This document shows positions 51,002 to 64,000 of a stretch of DNA of 64,000 nt, in pieces (within the stretch, counting starts at the first letter, position 1; every line of letters begins with the position of its first letter). This stretch comes from Craspedostauros australis (Eukaryota): the NCBI GenBank assembly GCA_030167865.1, contig JALAGF010006287.1, forward strand, positions 1-64,000. The letters run 5' to 3'. The notes below the pieces were generated by a model. That model worked only from the letters and a program-made list of their open reading frames with translations, ran no database searches and had not been told where the DNA came from. Both the position numbers and the translations under genes were made by a program.

Positions 51002-52150
51002 TTACCGTGTCAGACCCAGCGTCTTGACCACCTTTCTGTACGTTTCGAATTCCTTTCGCTCCATGTAATCTAACAGCTTCCTCCGGCGGACGTACATGGC
51101 ATCCAGCCCGCGTTTCGAGTGTTTGTCCTTCTTGTGCATCCGCAAATGGGTCTGGACCTGCTGGATGCGTGTCGTCAGTGCGATCACTGCGCAGACAAAC
51201 ACAAAAATAACACAGACAGGGTGCAGAGGAAAGGAGAGCAAAGTATGTTGCACAAGTGCATCAGCGATTGAATGAGTGAACGAATGAATGAGTGCACGGA
51301 TGGACGAGCATGGAATACAGTGAAAACAAGTGGCAGGTCGCACACGCCATGAAGGATGGAATGAAGTTGATATGATCAACAAATAGAATGCTTGCATCCC
51401 ATGCCCATCTCACAAACGGAAAACTGATGGCGAGAGATGCCTGACTTCGTGATGGGCGAGCTATTCATCCATTCATCCGTCCATTCATCCCACCCAATCC
51501 ATCGAAGCTATCAGCCATCATCTCAGTAGTTGGCATCGCATCATGCTTGTTGAAATCCAGTGTTGCTCACCTTGAACAGCGCTCGAACCAGTGTCACCTT
51601 CGCGCATTTCGAACATCTCCATTCCCCGCTTCTTCTGGGATTTCACAACATCCTTCTGGTTGCCGTTGTGCAGATCCAACAGCTTGCGCACGCGGTCGCT
51701 CATGACGAGGCCAGTAGCTTCGAATCCGAAGCGCATCAGGTTGGGTTCCTTGACGATCTCCAGCTTGGCGTTGAGCTCGGCAGCAGCAACCTCATCTTGC
51801 CGCTTGGATTCGGCGTCGCGATCTTCACGGGGGACGGCATTCTTGACCGGCGTGTCCTTGTCCAGGTACATCTGCGGCTTGCGTGGAAAGATGCCCTTCT
51901 CGGCCAGCTCGGCCCACCGCTTTCGTTTCTCCTGTCGATGGATGCGCTTCTTCGTCACCATGGATCGCGTCTGCGTTTGTTGCGGCGTCTGATCGAAGCC
52001 GCCTGCGTTGGCAGCATCGATCAGGCCTTGGCAGCAAACTGCCGATGGTCGCGCCATTGCGGATCCTCCTCCCATCGCCAAGGCAGATTGGCGCCCGGCG
52101 GCGGCAACGCTGGAGGTCATGACATGGCGAACGAGGCGTTGCGTGAACAT
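51002..52150 (-). CDS. MRPS15: Ribosomal protein uS15, probably mitochondrial, join(52150..51571,51186..51002)
   Basis: GDTGSSAVQ|VIALTTRI...HKKDKHSKRGL...RRRKLLDY S15 signature; presequence-like MFTQRLVRHVMTSS. Confidence 0.9.
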
Positions 52151-52723
52151 GATCGTGAATGTTCTTGTTGCTGTGATCGAGTACAATTGAGAGTGCACCA
52201 GTTGAATGATGGCGATGGCTTTGCCGATGTCAATGCGACTTGTGCAGGGTATGGCACGATCTATTGGTTGCGCGATGATGCAGATGTGGATGATGTTGAT
52301 GATGTTGGTGATGGTGATGATGGTGGTGGAGTGAGTGACGGGAGACTTCTCTGGGTGTTTTGGGATGTTCCTGTGTCTCGTTGCCAAGTCGCCGTGCGAC
52401 GGACAGATCAAGCCAAAGATCCATTCACGCATTGCCACGATTGCTGGTGCTATCGTTAGCCACTGGCCACTTGCACGACCACGCGTGCTCTACATCCAAC
52501 TCACTCCTCTCCCCAGAGTGACATGCCCCCACTCACACCCGGACGACCACAACTACAACTATTACTACTACATTTACGAGCACCCAACAGATCCCTTGGA
52601 GTGTGCATAGTTGAATAGTTGCTATCCTCGAAGTACTCGTGCATTGCATGACAGGCATTTCTCTCTCTCTCTCTACTACTACTACTACTACGCTCGTAGT
52701 ACGATCTACGAGCTAGACGACGA

Positions 52724-55700
52724 CTATTGAATTATTCCCTTGGCGAAGAACCGCGAGATGGTGTCAAAATTGTCCTCCGACTGCTCCAGTTCTCTCCAGA
52801 ACGCTTCCCTGGACAGCTCCGTCTTACCAGCGCCGCCATCCATCATTGCCGCCGCAGTCATCATCGTGCCCTTCTCACCCTCCTCCGTTGCGGAGCGGAC
52901 CTTGGCATACATCTCTTCCACGTTGATCGTCCGCTGTGCCAGCTGCCCTTCTCCTGCGTCTGCAGATGTGTCCAACGCCGATGGACGTCGCTGCGGTGAT
53001 GCTGCCTTCAGCAGCGATTCTACCTCCATCTCCATCGCATTGCACATCTGATTGTACTCTTCAACCTCCGATTTCAATCGTGCAATGTCCTTCCTGGATT
53101 CATCCAACACATCGCCCACGTATTCGATGGCGACAGACAACGGCACGGTAGGGCGGTCGGAGATGATCTTGTAGCTCTCGGGGTTGCCGAACTGGCCGGT
53201 TCCATCACCCGCCAGAATGCGGGCGATGCGGACCGGTGGCAGCACGCCTTGTCGTCGTGCTATCAACAGGGCCTCCTGAATATCCTCCAGGATGTCCTCC
53301 ATCTCTTCGTCGTCATCATTGTCGTAGGGGTCGTTGCCATCATCGTTGAAATCATGGTTGTTTCCGTTGCCACCGTTCTTGTTGTTTCTACCATGCCTGT
53401 TTGCTTTGCTCAATTGCAACTGGTTGCGGGCCGACAGTCGCTCCGAGACCATCTCCACGAAGTGCCCCAGAACATCGGCGAGGATCTCGGGGTCGTTCTG
53501 TCCCATCGCCAGCATCTGCCTTCGGGCCTTGGGACTCCCGTCCTTGGCGTACCGCGAGATCAGCATGGGGCCCATCTGCAATCGTTCATACAGCAACAGC
53601 TCGCCCTCATCGAAGCCGGCCAACTGGACGATGACGAGGGCATCGAAGTCACCGATCTCCGTACAATGCGAATCCGTGAGAGCCGTGATGGCTTCTTTCC
53701 TACGCAGCCTCTCGGCCTCCGTATCACCATTGCGCTTGGCCGTGTTCCATTCCGCCAACGTCAACTCCAACCACGTCCGCCTCAACGATGGCGTCAATGG
53801 ACACTTGTTGCGGTTGCAATGGGACAGAATGATGCGCAACATCCTCGAATGTTCCATGAAGGCAGATGCGAAGAGATGCAGCGGGTAAGGTTCGCACCCT
53901 GATCCTTGCTGATGGTGCTGCTTGGTTGACGTGAACTCCAGCATCTTCTTGGTGTCCGCGATGATCTCGCCCACGGAATCCGATATCTTCTTCGGTGAGT
54001 ACGTTCCAAGGCAGAGGGACACGACCAAGCCTGCTGTCTCTCTCAGCAGCACACGTGCCAAGGTCGCCCCGTACACGATCAGCGCTTCTGCCGCCTGCGG
54101 TGCCTCGAAGGTGCAGATGGTTGCCAGAGCGTCCTTGGGGCTGCTGGCCAGGATTGATGTGAGGGATTCATTGTCCATCGAGCGAGACGACGAAACCGCG
54201 ATCGTCTCGGCTGATTCATGGTCGTTCAGCTTGAGGTAGCACGTCCGCAGCAATTCGTTATGAACTGCTGTGGAATGTTCCTTCGATCTCAGTTGCTCCA
54301 GGTACTGTGGGCGTGGGATTGACCATGCAGAACAGGACGGGTATGCAATGTAGGGTGAGTTCGTGATGATCCTTGTGCTGCATGGGCATCCACCAGCAAA
54401 CAATCAGGTGGGCAGGCAGGCAGGCAAATAAATAAATAAACAAACCAGGAACGAACAAGTGTGAACGCAATACGAGTGGTAAGGACGCACCTTGACCAAG
54501 TATGGTATCTTGGGCGCATCCAGGTACCGAAAGATGACGTGCGATGGCTCCAACGACCCGATGGTATGGATATACTGCTCGATGGCACCGGCGTAGTCAC
54601 CCTTGCGGTACAGGTACTCCGCATGCCGTCGATACAACGACGTGATTTCGGCCGCCTCGAACAACGGATCTGCGTACGCGACGAGGATGGCCGCAGAATA
54701 CAGGTTCTTCTGCACCAACAGATGGACCTTGTCGACCGTGTCCTTCTCGGTCAATGTCACCAACGACCCACCCGATGTCAGGACCAGGGCCGACGACCGA
54801 CCGCAGCGCAGCGATCCATCGCCCACGCGGGTTGGCGGCGTTGTGACGCCCGCAGATCGCACGGTGCGATGTCCAGGAGAGAGCAGCAGATGGAATGCGA
54901 CGAGTTTATTGGTGGAGTCGTAGACGTCCACCGCATCGCGTCTGGATTTGAAGTCGGTCGACGCAATGAGAGCGTAGCTGGATCCGACCGAGTGGCCAGG
55001 CGGCACATCTCTGCGCTTTCCCGCCGGGCTGGGGGGAGGCACGATGCACATGGCGAGCTTCGTTCCATCGATGGGCGAAACATCCACTTTCTGTGTCTGG
55101 GAGTAGGTGTAGAGTCCGTCGGGGCGCGCGATGGCGAATCTTGGATCTTCGCTTGCATCGATTTGCAGCAGATCGCAGAGATTGGACGACGGGACTTGTC
55201 TGCCATCTAGATCATGTCGCGCAGATGGTGCAGACAGCGTTCCTGGATTCATCCCCTTGGGCAGGGGCATTTCGAAGCAGCAGACGCCTGATGATGATGA
55301 GGAGGAGGACGTCGCCGACGGTCCTGCGGCTGTTGTTCCAGCTGCTGAGGATTGGTCAGTTTCCTTCTTGTACACGGCGAAGACGAATGCTTTGTCATTG
55401 GATACGGCCAGCTTGCAGGCGACGCATGTCACCCCGGGAGTTGGCGGGGCAGGAATGGAAAGGTAATGCTTCAGCAGCCTCTTTGGTTCCCTGTAGGTGA
55501 AGATGTGCACGGATCCCTTGTCCGTTCCCACAGCGACGATGCCCGGGACGAGATGCACAACTCGGGCATTGCCATCCTTCTGCGCATTCCATGTGGTCGG
55601 AAGCACATATCTCGTAGCATCTGACTTTTGCGGTTTGGAGAGGGGGCGGCGGCTGTGAAGATCGAGATTGGTCCACACACAAGGGGATAGAGCACCGTAC

Positions 55701-56754
55701 ATAAAAAGGGGTGGCGTGGAGCAGAAAGAGTGTGAGCGTGTAAGCGTTTAGCATTATGCTGAGCTCAGATGCTTTGTGACGTGGAGCGGTAAAAGCACAA
55801 TACAATGCGGCGCAATGCAACACAATACGGCACGTGCGAGTGCAGACACACGACTACAAAGCCTCATGCGCAAGCATACAGATGAACCAGCAATGGAGAT
55901 GCTCACCTTGATAGATGCAGATGAGGGTCCACGCAGACGACAAGGTTGGATGCGGTGATGCAGGCCATGTGCACTGCGCGATGGCCAATCTTGGCACGGC
56001 ACGTGGCGATGCCGACGATGCCTTCCACCGTATCCTGGTGCATGTGATCCGATACGATGCGTTCCTCCGCGGAAAGCTGCCTCTGAGCCACGCTCGATGG
56101 CTTGGGAGTGGCGTTGCGTCCCTTGAAGGGTGCAATGTAACCTCTCCAACCATCCAGATCTTCCAGGTTGGACGTGGCCTTCGAATCATTCCTCGAGGGC
56201 GGGTTGCATCGCACCGTCAGATCGAAGCAGTGGATGTAATCCGTGTCTTTGGATGTGACGAAGACGAGAACCAGGCCATCCACAGCGGCGGCACCGGTAT
56301 TTCCGACGTTTGCTCCAGCCGTCTCGAGGGGCTGGACTTGGCTGGGCAGCAGGAAGGTGCTGGTCTCATCCTTGCTGTCCGATGGCGGGATCTCCAATGC
56401 CGCGCACGCCGTGAGGCAGGACCACATCTCCAGCACCGCATTCAGTTCGCCCTCTGTCCCGCTGCCTTGGTTGGCACGTGTGGCAGCAGTGTTGGCCGAG
56501 CCCGTCGCCAAGATGGAGTTGCTTTCCATCACCTGCGGCCGACTCGTCAGCGGCAATGCTGCCGTCGTGACGACGAGCGAGACGGATTCATCGGATGGTT
56601 CCTCCGTTGGGCTGTTGAGAAAGGAATCATTGAAGGACCTCCTGCTGCGCCCGTTCGTTTGATGGACGGGGATCAAGTCCTCCAACACCTCCGAAGGCAA
56701 GTTCAGGGTGTTGCGGTCGAAGAAGGCAAATCGTTTCCATCTTGATGATGCCAT
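52724..56754 (-). CDS. VPS11: Vacuolar protein sorting 11 (HOPS/CORVET core subunit), join(56754..55907,55652..54491,54304..52724)
   Basis: N-terminal WKRFAFFD; KNLYSAAI...HAEYLYRKGDYAGAIEQYIHTIGSLEPSHVIFRYLDA; C-terminal FDTISRFFAKGII; both introns keep the frame. Confidence 0.88.
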
Positions 56755-57716
56755 CGTTGTCGATGTTGCAGACTCGCGTCGGAATCAGAGGTAATCGTTG
56801 CTATGTTGTGTTTGTCGTGGTGTTGACGTTCCGGCCTCCGTCTTTGTTGGTCTTGTCGGAGTGCCTTGGTTCAACGATGGGTGGTCTCGAATGTGTCCAG
56901 ACGAAGAGGTATCTGTACGACCTGCGACTCCTGCATTCGAATAGAATCGATCCAGCTGCGACCGGCGAACCTGAGATCTTCTTGGATGCGTTCCGCCATG
57001 GTCGCTTCGTTTCGTGTCTGTTGTTTTCTCCGCGCTCGTCGTTTGGCTTTCTTCTCGTCGTGTTTGATTCCCGTTTTATTCGTGGCGGATTTGAGTCGAG
57101 TGGCTCAGCGTCCTCGAATGACCCACAAGAGGGGCAGCGATCAGATTTCCCCCTTTTCTTGACACTTCCCCTTCTTCTTGTGCAAGAGACATCGCTTCGC
57201 GGTCACGAAGCGCAGCCGCGTTTGTTGGAGGTTGTGGTTTGCCTCGTTCGTGGTTGTTGTGGGCGTGTCTCTCTGTCTTTCGTACATACTCAACCACGGC
57301 AAACTGCTCTACTCGTCCTCGTGGGCGCGTTGTGTGGAGCCAAGAAACAACACGAGAGAATGCGAGAAGCGGCAAGCGAAGGGAGGAACAAAAGACGAAA
57401 CAAATCAGCGAGGAGCCAACAAGTGGAACAGGCAGAAGCCTCTCGACCCAAGGGAAGAGGCGGGCAGCATCGCACCTGAAACAACCGTCACGGCAACTAC
57501 GAGTAGAGAGAGAGAGACTGCCGACACTGTACTTGCATCGAGACATCAAGAACACCCAAGCCAGACGGAGGCAGAGTGGTGGAGGCAGCTCCATCCGCCA
57601 AGAGCCACAGGGTATCGCAACGTGCATCACGAAGGATATCCGGACGGTTTCGTGCGCATCGGTACAAGCACAAATACTCGCGATACTCGCAATACTCCAT
57701 ACGAATAGACGCAAAC

Positions 57717-60526
<2,810 letters not shown>

Positions 60527-60905
60527 TAATCCGCAATCGCTCGCAAACATCATTACTCTTTTGCTGCCTGCCTGTCTTTGCCAATGACTTCTGGGACGTT
60601 CGCGTTGCACGACGGATGGAACGGAGCAGGAGTGGGCGTTTTTTTTTCACTCTGTTCTGCTGTGTTGAATCATAAGCGCAGCACGTGACGAGAGCAAGAA
60701 CGAAAGGCAACCCGCAATCCCTGAAGAGTAATAATATAATAGTTGGTTGTAGAGCACAGGAAGTTGCAGTCTTCACATGGTTGCCATACAAATTCCTATT
60801 TTTGTCAAGGACTGCATGGTAGAGTGGGGTATGCGTGAGTACTGCCGCCACCACCACCACCACCACCACCGCGTCTCTACACACGTACAGTGATCCACCA
60901 TGAAA

Positions 60906-62750
60906 TTAGACACCATCCGGCGCAGCGTCATGATCGTAAAGAACGAAATCGAAATGCTCCTGAAAGCCTTTCAGATCCTGTTGAAAGACTAGGGACAGCA
61001 GATCCCACCGCTCCGCGCTTGACAGCGCCATGCGCAAATAACTCCAGCAGTGCGTGGCGCGGGGATTGAGACTGAGGGCCTGCAAGTAGCAGCGCGCCGC
61101 CTGGTCAAAGTTCTGCAGGTTGCTGTGCGAGATGGCCATGTTGAGCCATGCTCGTGCGTACTTGGGCTTGATCTGGATGGCACGGTGGTACGCGGGCAGG
61201 GCCTCTTCGCTGCGGTTGCCGTTAGCGAGGGTGGCGCCGAGCTTGTTCCACAGCTGATGGTCGTCGGGACGCTGTTGCAGGACGCTGCGGAAAGATGCGA
61301 TGGCGGAATCGAAGTCCTTGCTGACGTTGTAGACGACGCCGAGGACTTCGTGGATCTTGTCCGCGTCGGTGCTGTCGTGATCCAGCGCTCGTAGCAGCAG
61401 CGATTTGACCTCCTCGAAGGCTTTCGTGGCGGGGCTTGTGGTCGTCTCCACATCCGTTGTTGCGACGGGAGGTGCGGCGCCGTAGATATCCGGAGCCAAT
61501 TCCAAGCCGGCGTACTTGGGGTTGTTGGTGATCCACGCCTTCATGTTCTCAAGGGCCTTTTCGTGTTGCAATTCGTTGACGTAGCTAACTCCCAACGCCA
61601 AAAGAGCATCCGTGGAGTAGGGATCGCGGTCGACGGCTGCCTCCAAGCACTTGATGGCCTCTGGGTCTTGGTCATTCTCGGCGTGGCACTTGCCCAGCAT
61701 GCGCCACGCCAACGAGTTGTCTGGATTGTGATGCTGCAGTTCCATCTCAAATGATCGGATGGCCTCCTTGAGGTTGCCCTCGTTGAAGCTCTTGACGCCT
61801 TGTGCCATCCAATCGACGCTCTCCTTGGGTAGTTCCTCAAGCTTACTCGTATGCACGAATTGGTACTGCCCTGCGGAGCCCAGGGCGTCATCGATCTCCC
61901 CATTTGCATCAGCCCACATATTTCCGAGATCCTGGTCCTGATCCGCCAGCACGTTGTCGTACTCCTGCTCTGCCTGCTGCCATGCGGCTGCCAGCTCCTC
62001 TATAGAGGCACCGCCCAAATCGGGTTCGTCCTGGACGATGTCCGCACCATCCTCGTAGTGCGGTTTCTGATTCTGAAGCCGATGCTGCTTGTGTGCATTG
62101 GCGGTCTGGAATGCATGTTCGAAGTCCACCTCGAGGTCTTCATGCCAATTGTCCAACGCCTCGTCGGCTTGCTTCGCAGTCAACGTTGCTGCTTTCGGAG
62201 CTGCCTGCTTGGTAGATGCTTGTTGTGACTGGCTTTGCAGTTGCTGCTGGTGTTGCTGTTGCTGGTGTTGCATCATCTGTTGATGCTGCATGCTTTGCAT
62301 CTGCTGCATTTGCATCATCTGCATCTGCATCATTTGCTGCTGCTGCCGTTGCTGCTGCACGAGCATCATTGGATTGGGTTGTGGCATGGCAGCTGCAGCA
62401 TGCATTTGAGGATGAAACCCAGCATGCTGCGGATGCATCATGGCTGGCATTGCAGATGGGTTGGCGTTGGCATTGATTGGAGCATTCCTGGTGGTGTTCC
62501 ATGCAGCATCCATGCTCGGGTTCTGCATCTGCGCGGGCATCTGCGCGTGTGCGGATGGCAGCATCAGCTGATTCGGTGCCGACAGCGGCATCGCAGCAGC
62601 GGTCGTGGCGGAAGCCGCAGAAGCATGATTGAACAAGTTCGCCACCTGCTTCGACATGGCCGCCTGTCCCTGGTTGCTGCCAGCAGCTCCGCCCAGGAAG
62701 GCGCGGGCGGCCTGATCGATGGCCGTGCCGGATGCTCCACAGTCTGCCAT
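60906..62750 (-). CDS. PEX5: Peroxisomal PTS1 receptor
   Basis: N-terminal MADCG cysteine; C-terminal TPRs with AWRMLGKCHAENDQD, LALGVSYVNE, LWNKLGATLANGNRSEEALPAYHRAIQIKPKYARAWLNMAIS. Confidence 0.95.
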   Translation of the reverse strand: MADCGASGTAIDQAARAFLGGAAGSNQGQAAMSKQVANLFNHASAASATTAAAMPLSAPNQLMLPSAHAQMPAQMQNPSMDAAWNTTRNAPINANANPSAMPAMMHPQHAGFHPQMHAAAAMPQPNPMMLVQQQRQQQQMMQMQMMQMQQMQSMQHQQMMQHQQQQHQQQLQSQSQQASTKQAAPKAATLTAKQADEALDNWHEDLEVDFEHAFQTANAHKQHRLQNQKPHYEDGADIVQDEPDLGGASIEELAAAWQQAEQEYDNVLADQDQDLGNMWADANGEIDDALGSAGQYQFVHTSKLEELPKESVDWMAQGVKSFNEGNLKEAIRSFEMELQHHNPDNSLAWRMLGKCHAENDQDPEAIKCLEAAVDRDPYSTDALLALGVSYVNELQHEKALENMKAWITNNPKYAGLELAPDIYGAAPPVATTDVETTTSPATKAFEEVKSLLLRALDHDSTDADKIHEVLGVVYNVSKDFDSAIASFRSVLQQRPDDHQLWNKLGATLANGNRSEEALPAYHRAIQIKPKYARAWLNMAISHSNLQNFDQAARCYLQALSLNPRATHCWSYLRMALSSAERWDLLSLVFQQDLKGFQEHFDFVLYDHDAAPDGV

Positions 62751-63580
62751 TGCGTCTGTATGGTACCACCTATACTTCAGAGTATTGTATTATATTTGGT
62801 ATCAATGAGGATGCCAGCGTATGGGACGTCTATCCCCACGAGTGCTCCAGAGTGCGATGCCAGGTGAAGCAGAGAAGAAATGAGGAAAGCGAAGGTCGGC
62901 GTCTGCGTCCGCACACGCACATCTCGTAGCGCCGAGAACAACAACAAGGGTTTGGTTGTGACATCCACCCACACACGATCGCGGTCGTTGTTGTTCGTGT
63001 TGTCTCATTCCATTTTCGCGGTCAAGGGATTCCATCTCGTGACTCAAATACGACCAACATGCGTCATCACAACACACAAACGACTGTCAGTCGTGGGAGT
63101 CAATTCGCGCCAAAAAACTAGATTGATTGCACAGAGATGGATTCAGTCTGACGCCTCCCTGTTGAAGAGGTCGGCGTGCTGTTGCTCGACGTGCCTCACA
63201 CAGAGTGAAACTCATTTACAACACATGATAGTAAGACACATAATAGAGTCCACTTTTATGTTATATAATAGATCTGAGGACTCTTCTGGATTTACTCGAT
63301 GAAACGCAATCGGTGTTGCACGGTCACTGCTTTAATGGTGGATGATCCTCGGGCTGCCGCTGGCTTGGCTGTCGTTGCGTTCTTCGGTCCTGTTCTCAAT
63401 GCTCCAAAAAAGAATGTGCATCTCAAAATTGAGCATGTGCGAGTGCATATGTGCACGAGAGTGCAGAGCCGTGTGTATGGATGTATGGATGTATGTATTG
63501 AATCAACTTGTATGTGCTTGAATCATCACGAGACAGACAAACGTGATGGTACCAGTATTCCCACGAGTGCGAGTGCCGCA

Positions 63581-64000
63581 TCATTTCTGCGCCACCGACA
63601 GATCCGGCAGAGGCACTCCCTTATTGCCAAGGGAGGATGTGCTCAGGCGCCGCATGTGGTCTCCCCAGATCGGCGTGGAGACGCAGGTGTCGTCGCCGAT
63701 GCTGCTGATCTCAGAGACGGATTCGATTTGTGGCATCGAACGCATTGCCGGCGCTTTCTTGCTGTGCAGTGGGTGCTGCGTCTCGCTCCATCCTCCTCCT
63801 CGAACGGGCGTGAACTTGATAACGGTGTGCAGCGGAACTTCAATACTCATCGCCTTGTCCACCGGCGAGTTGCGAAAGTACGCAATGAGCATCTGCAGCA
63901 CGCTCACATGGCTGACCACCAGCGTTGGTGTCACCTGTTGCTCGATCTCCACAATCATGGACTCCAATCGTTGAATGAGATCTCTGTACGATTCGCCGCC
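63581..64000 (-). CDS. 6-phosphofructo-2-kinase/fructose-2,6-bisphosphatase, C-terminal phosphatase part (5' end outside the window)
   Basis: GGESYRDLIQRLESMIVEIEQQ..LVVSHVSVLQMLIAYF...EVPLHTVIKFTP matches the FBPase-2 histidine-phosphatase C-terminus. Confidence 0.85.
   Translation of the reverse strand, partial: GGESYRDLIQRLESMIVEIEQQVTPTLVVSHVSVLQMLIAYFRNSPVDKAMSIEVPLHTVIKFTPVRGGGWSETQHPLHSKKAPAMRSMPQIESVSEISSIGDDTCVSTPIWGDHMRRLSTSSLGNKGVPLPDLSVAQK

Overview
Eukaryotic nuclear DNA with GT-AG introns, dense genes and microsatellite-rich spacers. Gene content and style suggest a diatom or related stramenopile (inference). I can support 16 protein-coding genes: an ankyrin-repeat protein, a secreted trypsin with an in-frame TGA, two paralogous uncharacterised CaaX-ending genes (329 aa and about 2,139 aa) flanking a secreted, probably GPI-anchored gene, a roughly 2,500-aa non-canonical poly(A)/nucleotidyltransferase, PRP40, a Myb-like 'RRGKWT' protein, SEC12-like, a lipase maturation factor, a basic nuclear-type protein, mitochondrial uS15, VPS11, SNF1/AMPK-alpha, PEX5 and the 3' end of PFK2/FBPase-2. 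I saw no tRNA, rRNA, CRISPR array or recognisable transposon. Best leads: (1) the paralog pair sharing intron position, N-terminal domain and a C-x5-CaaX lipid-anchor tail but differing about 6.5-fold in length; (2) a TGA exactly at a conserved Cys of an otherwise intact trypsin; (3) a VPS11 without its RING finger; (4) a PEX5 without canonical WxxxF/Y motifs. Splice models were read by eye, and family assignments come from recalled motifs, not searches.
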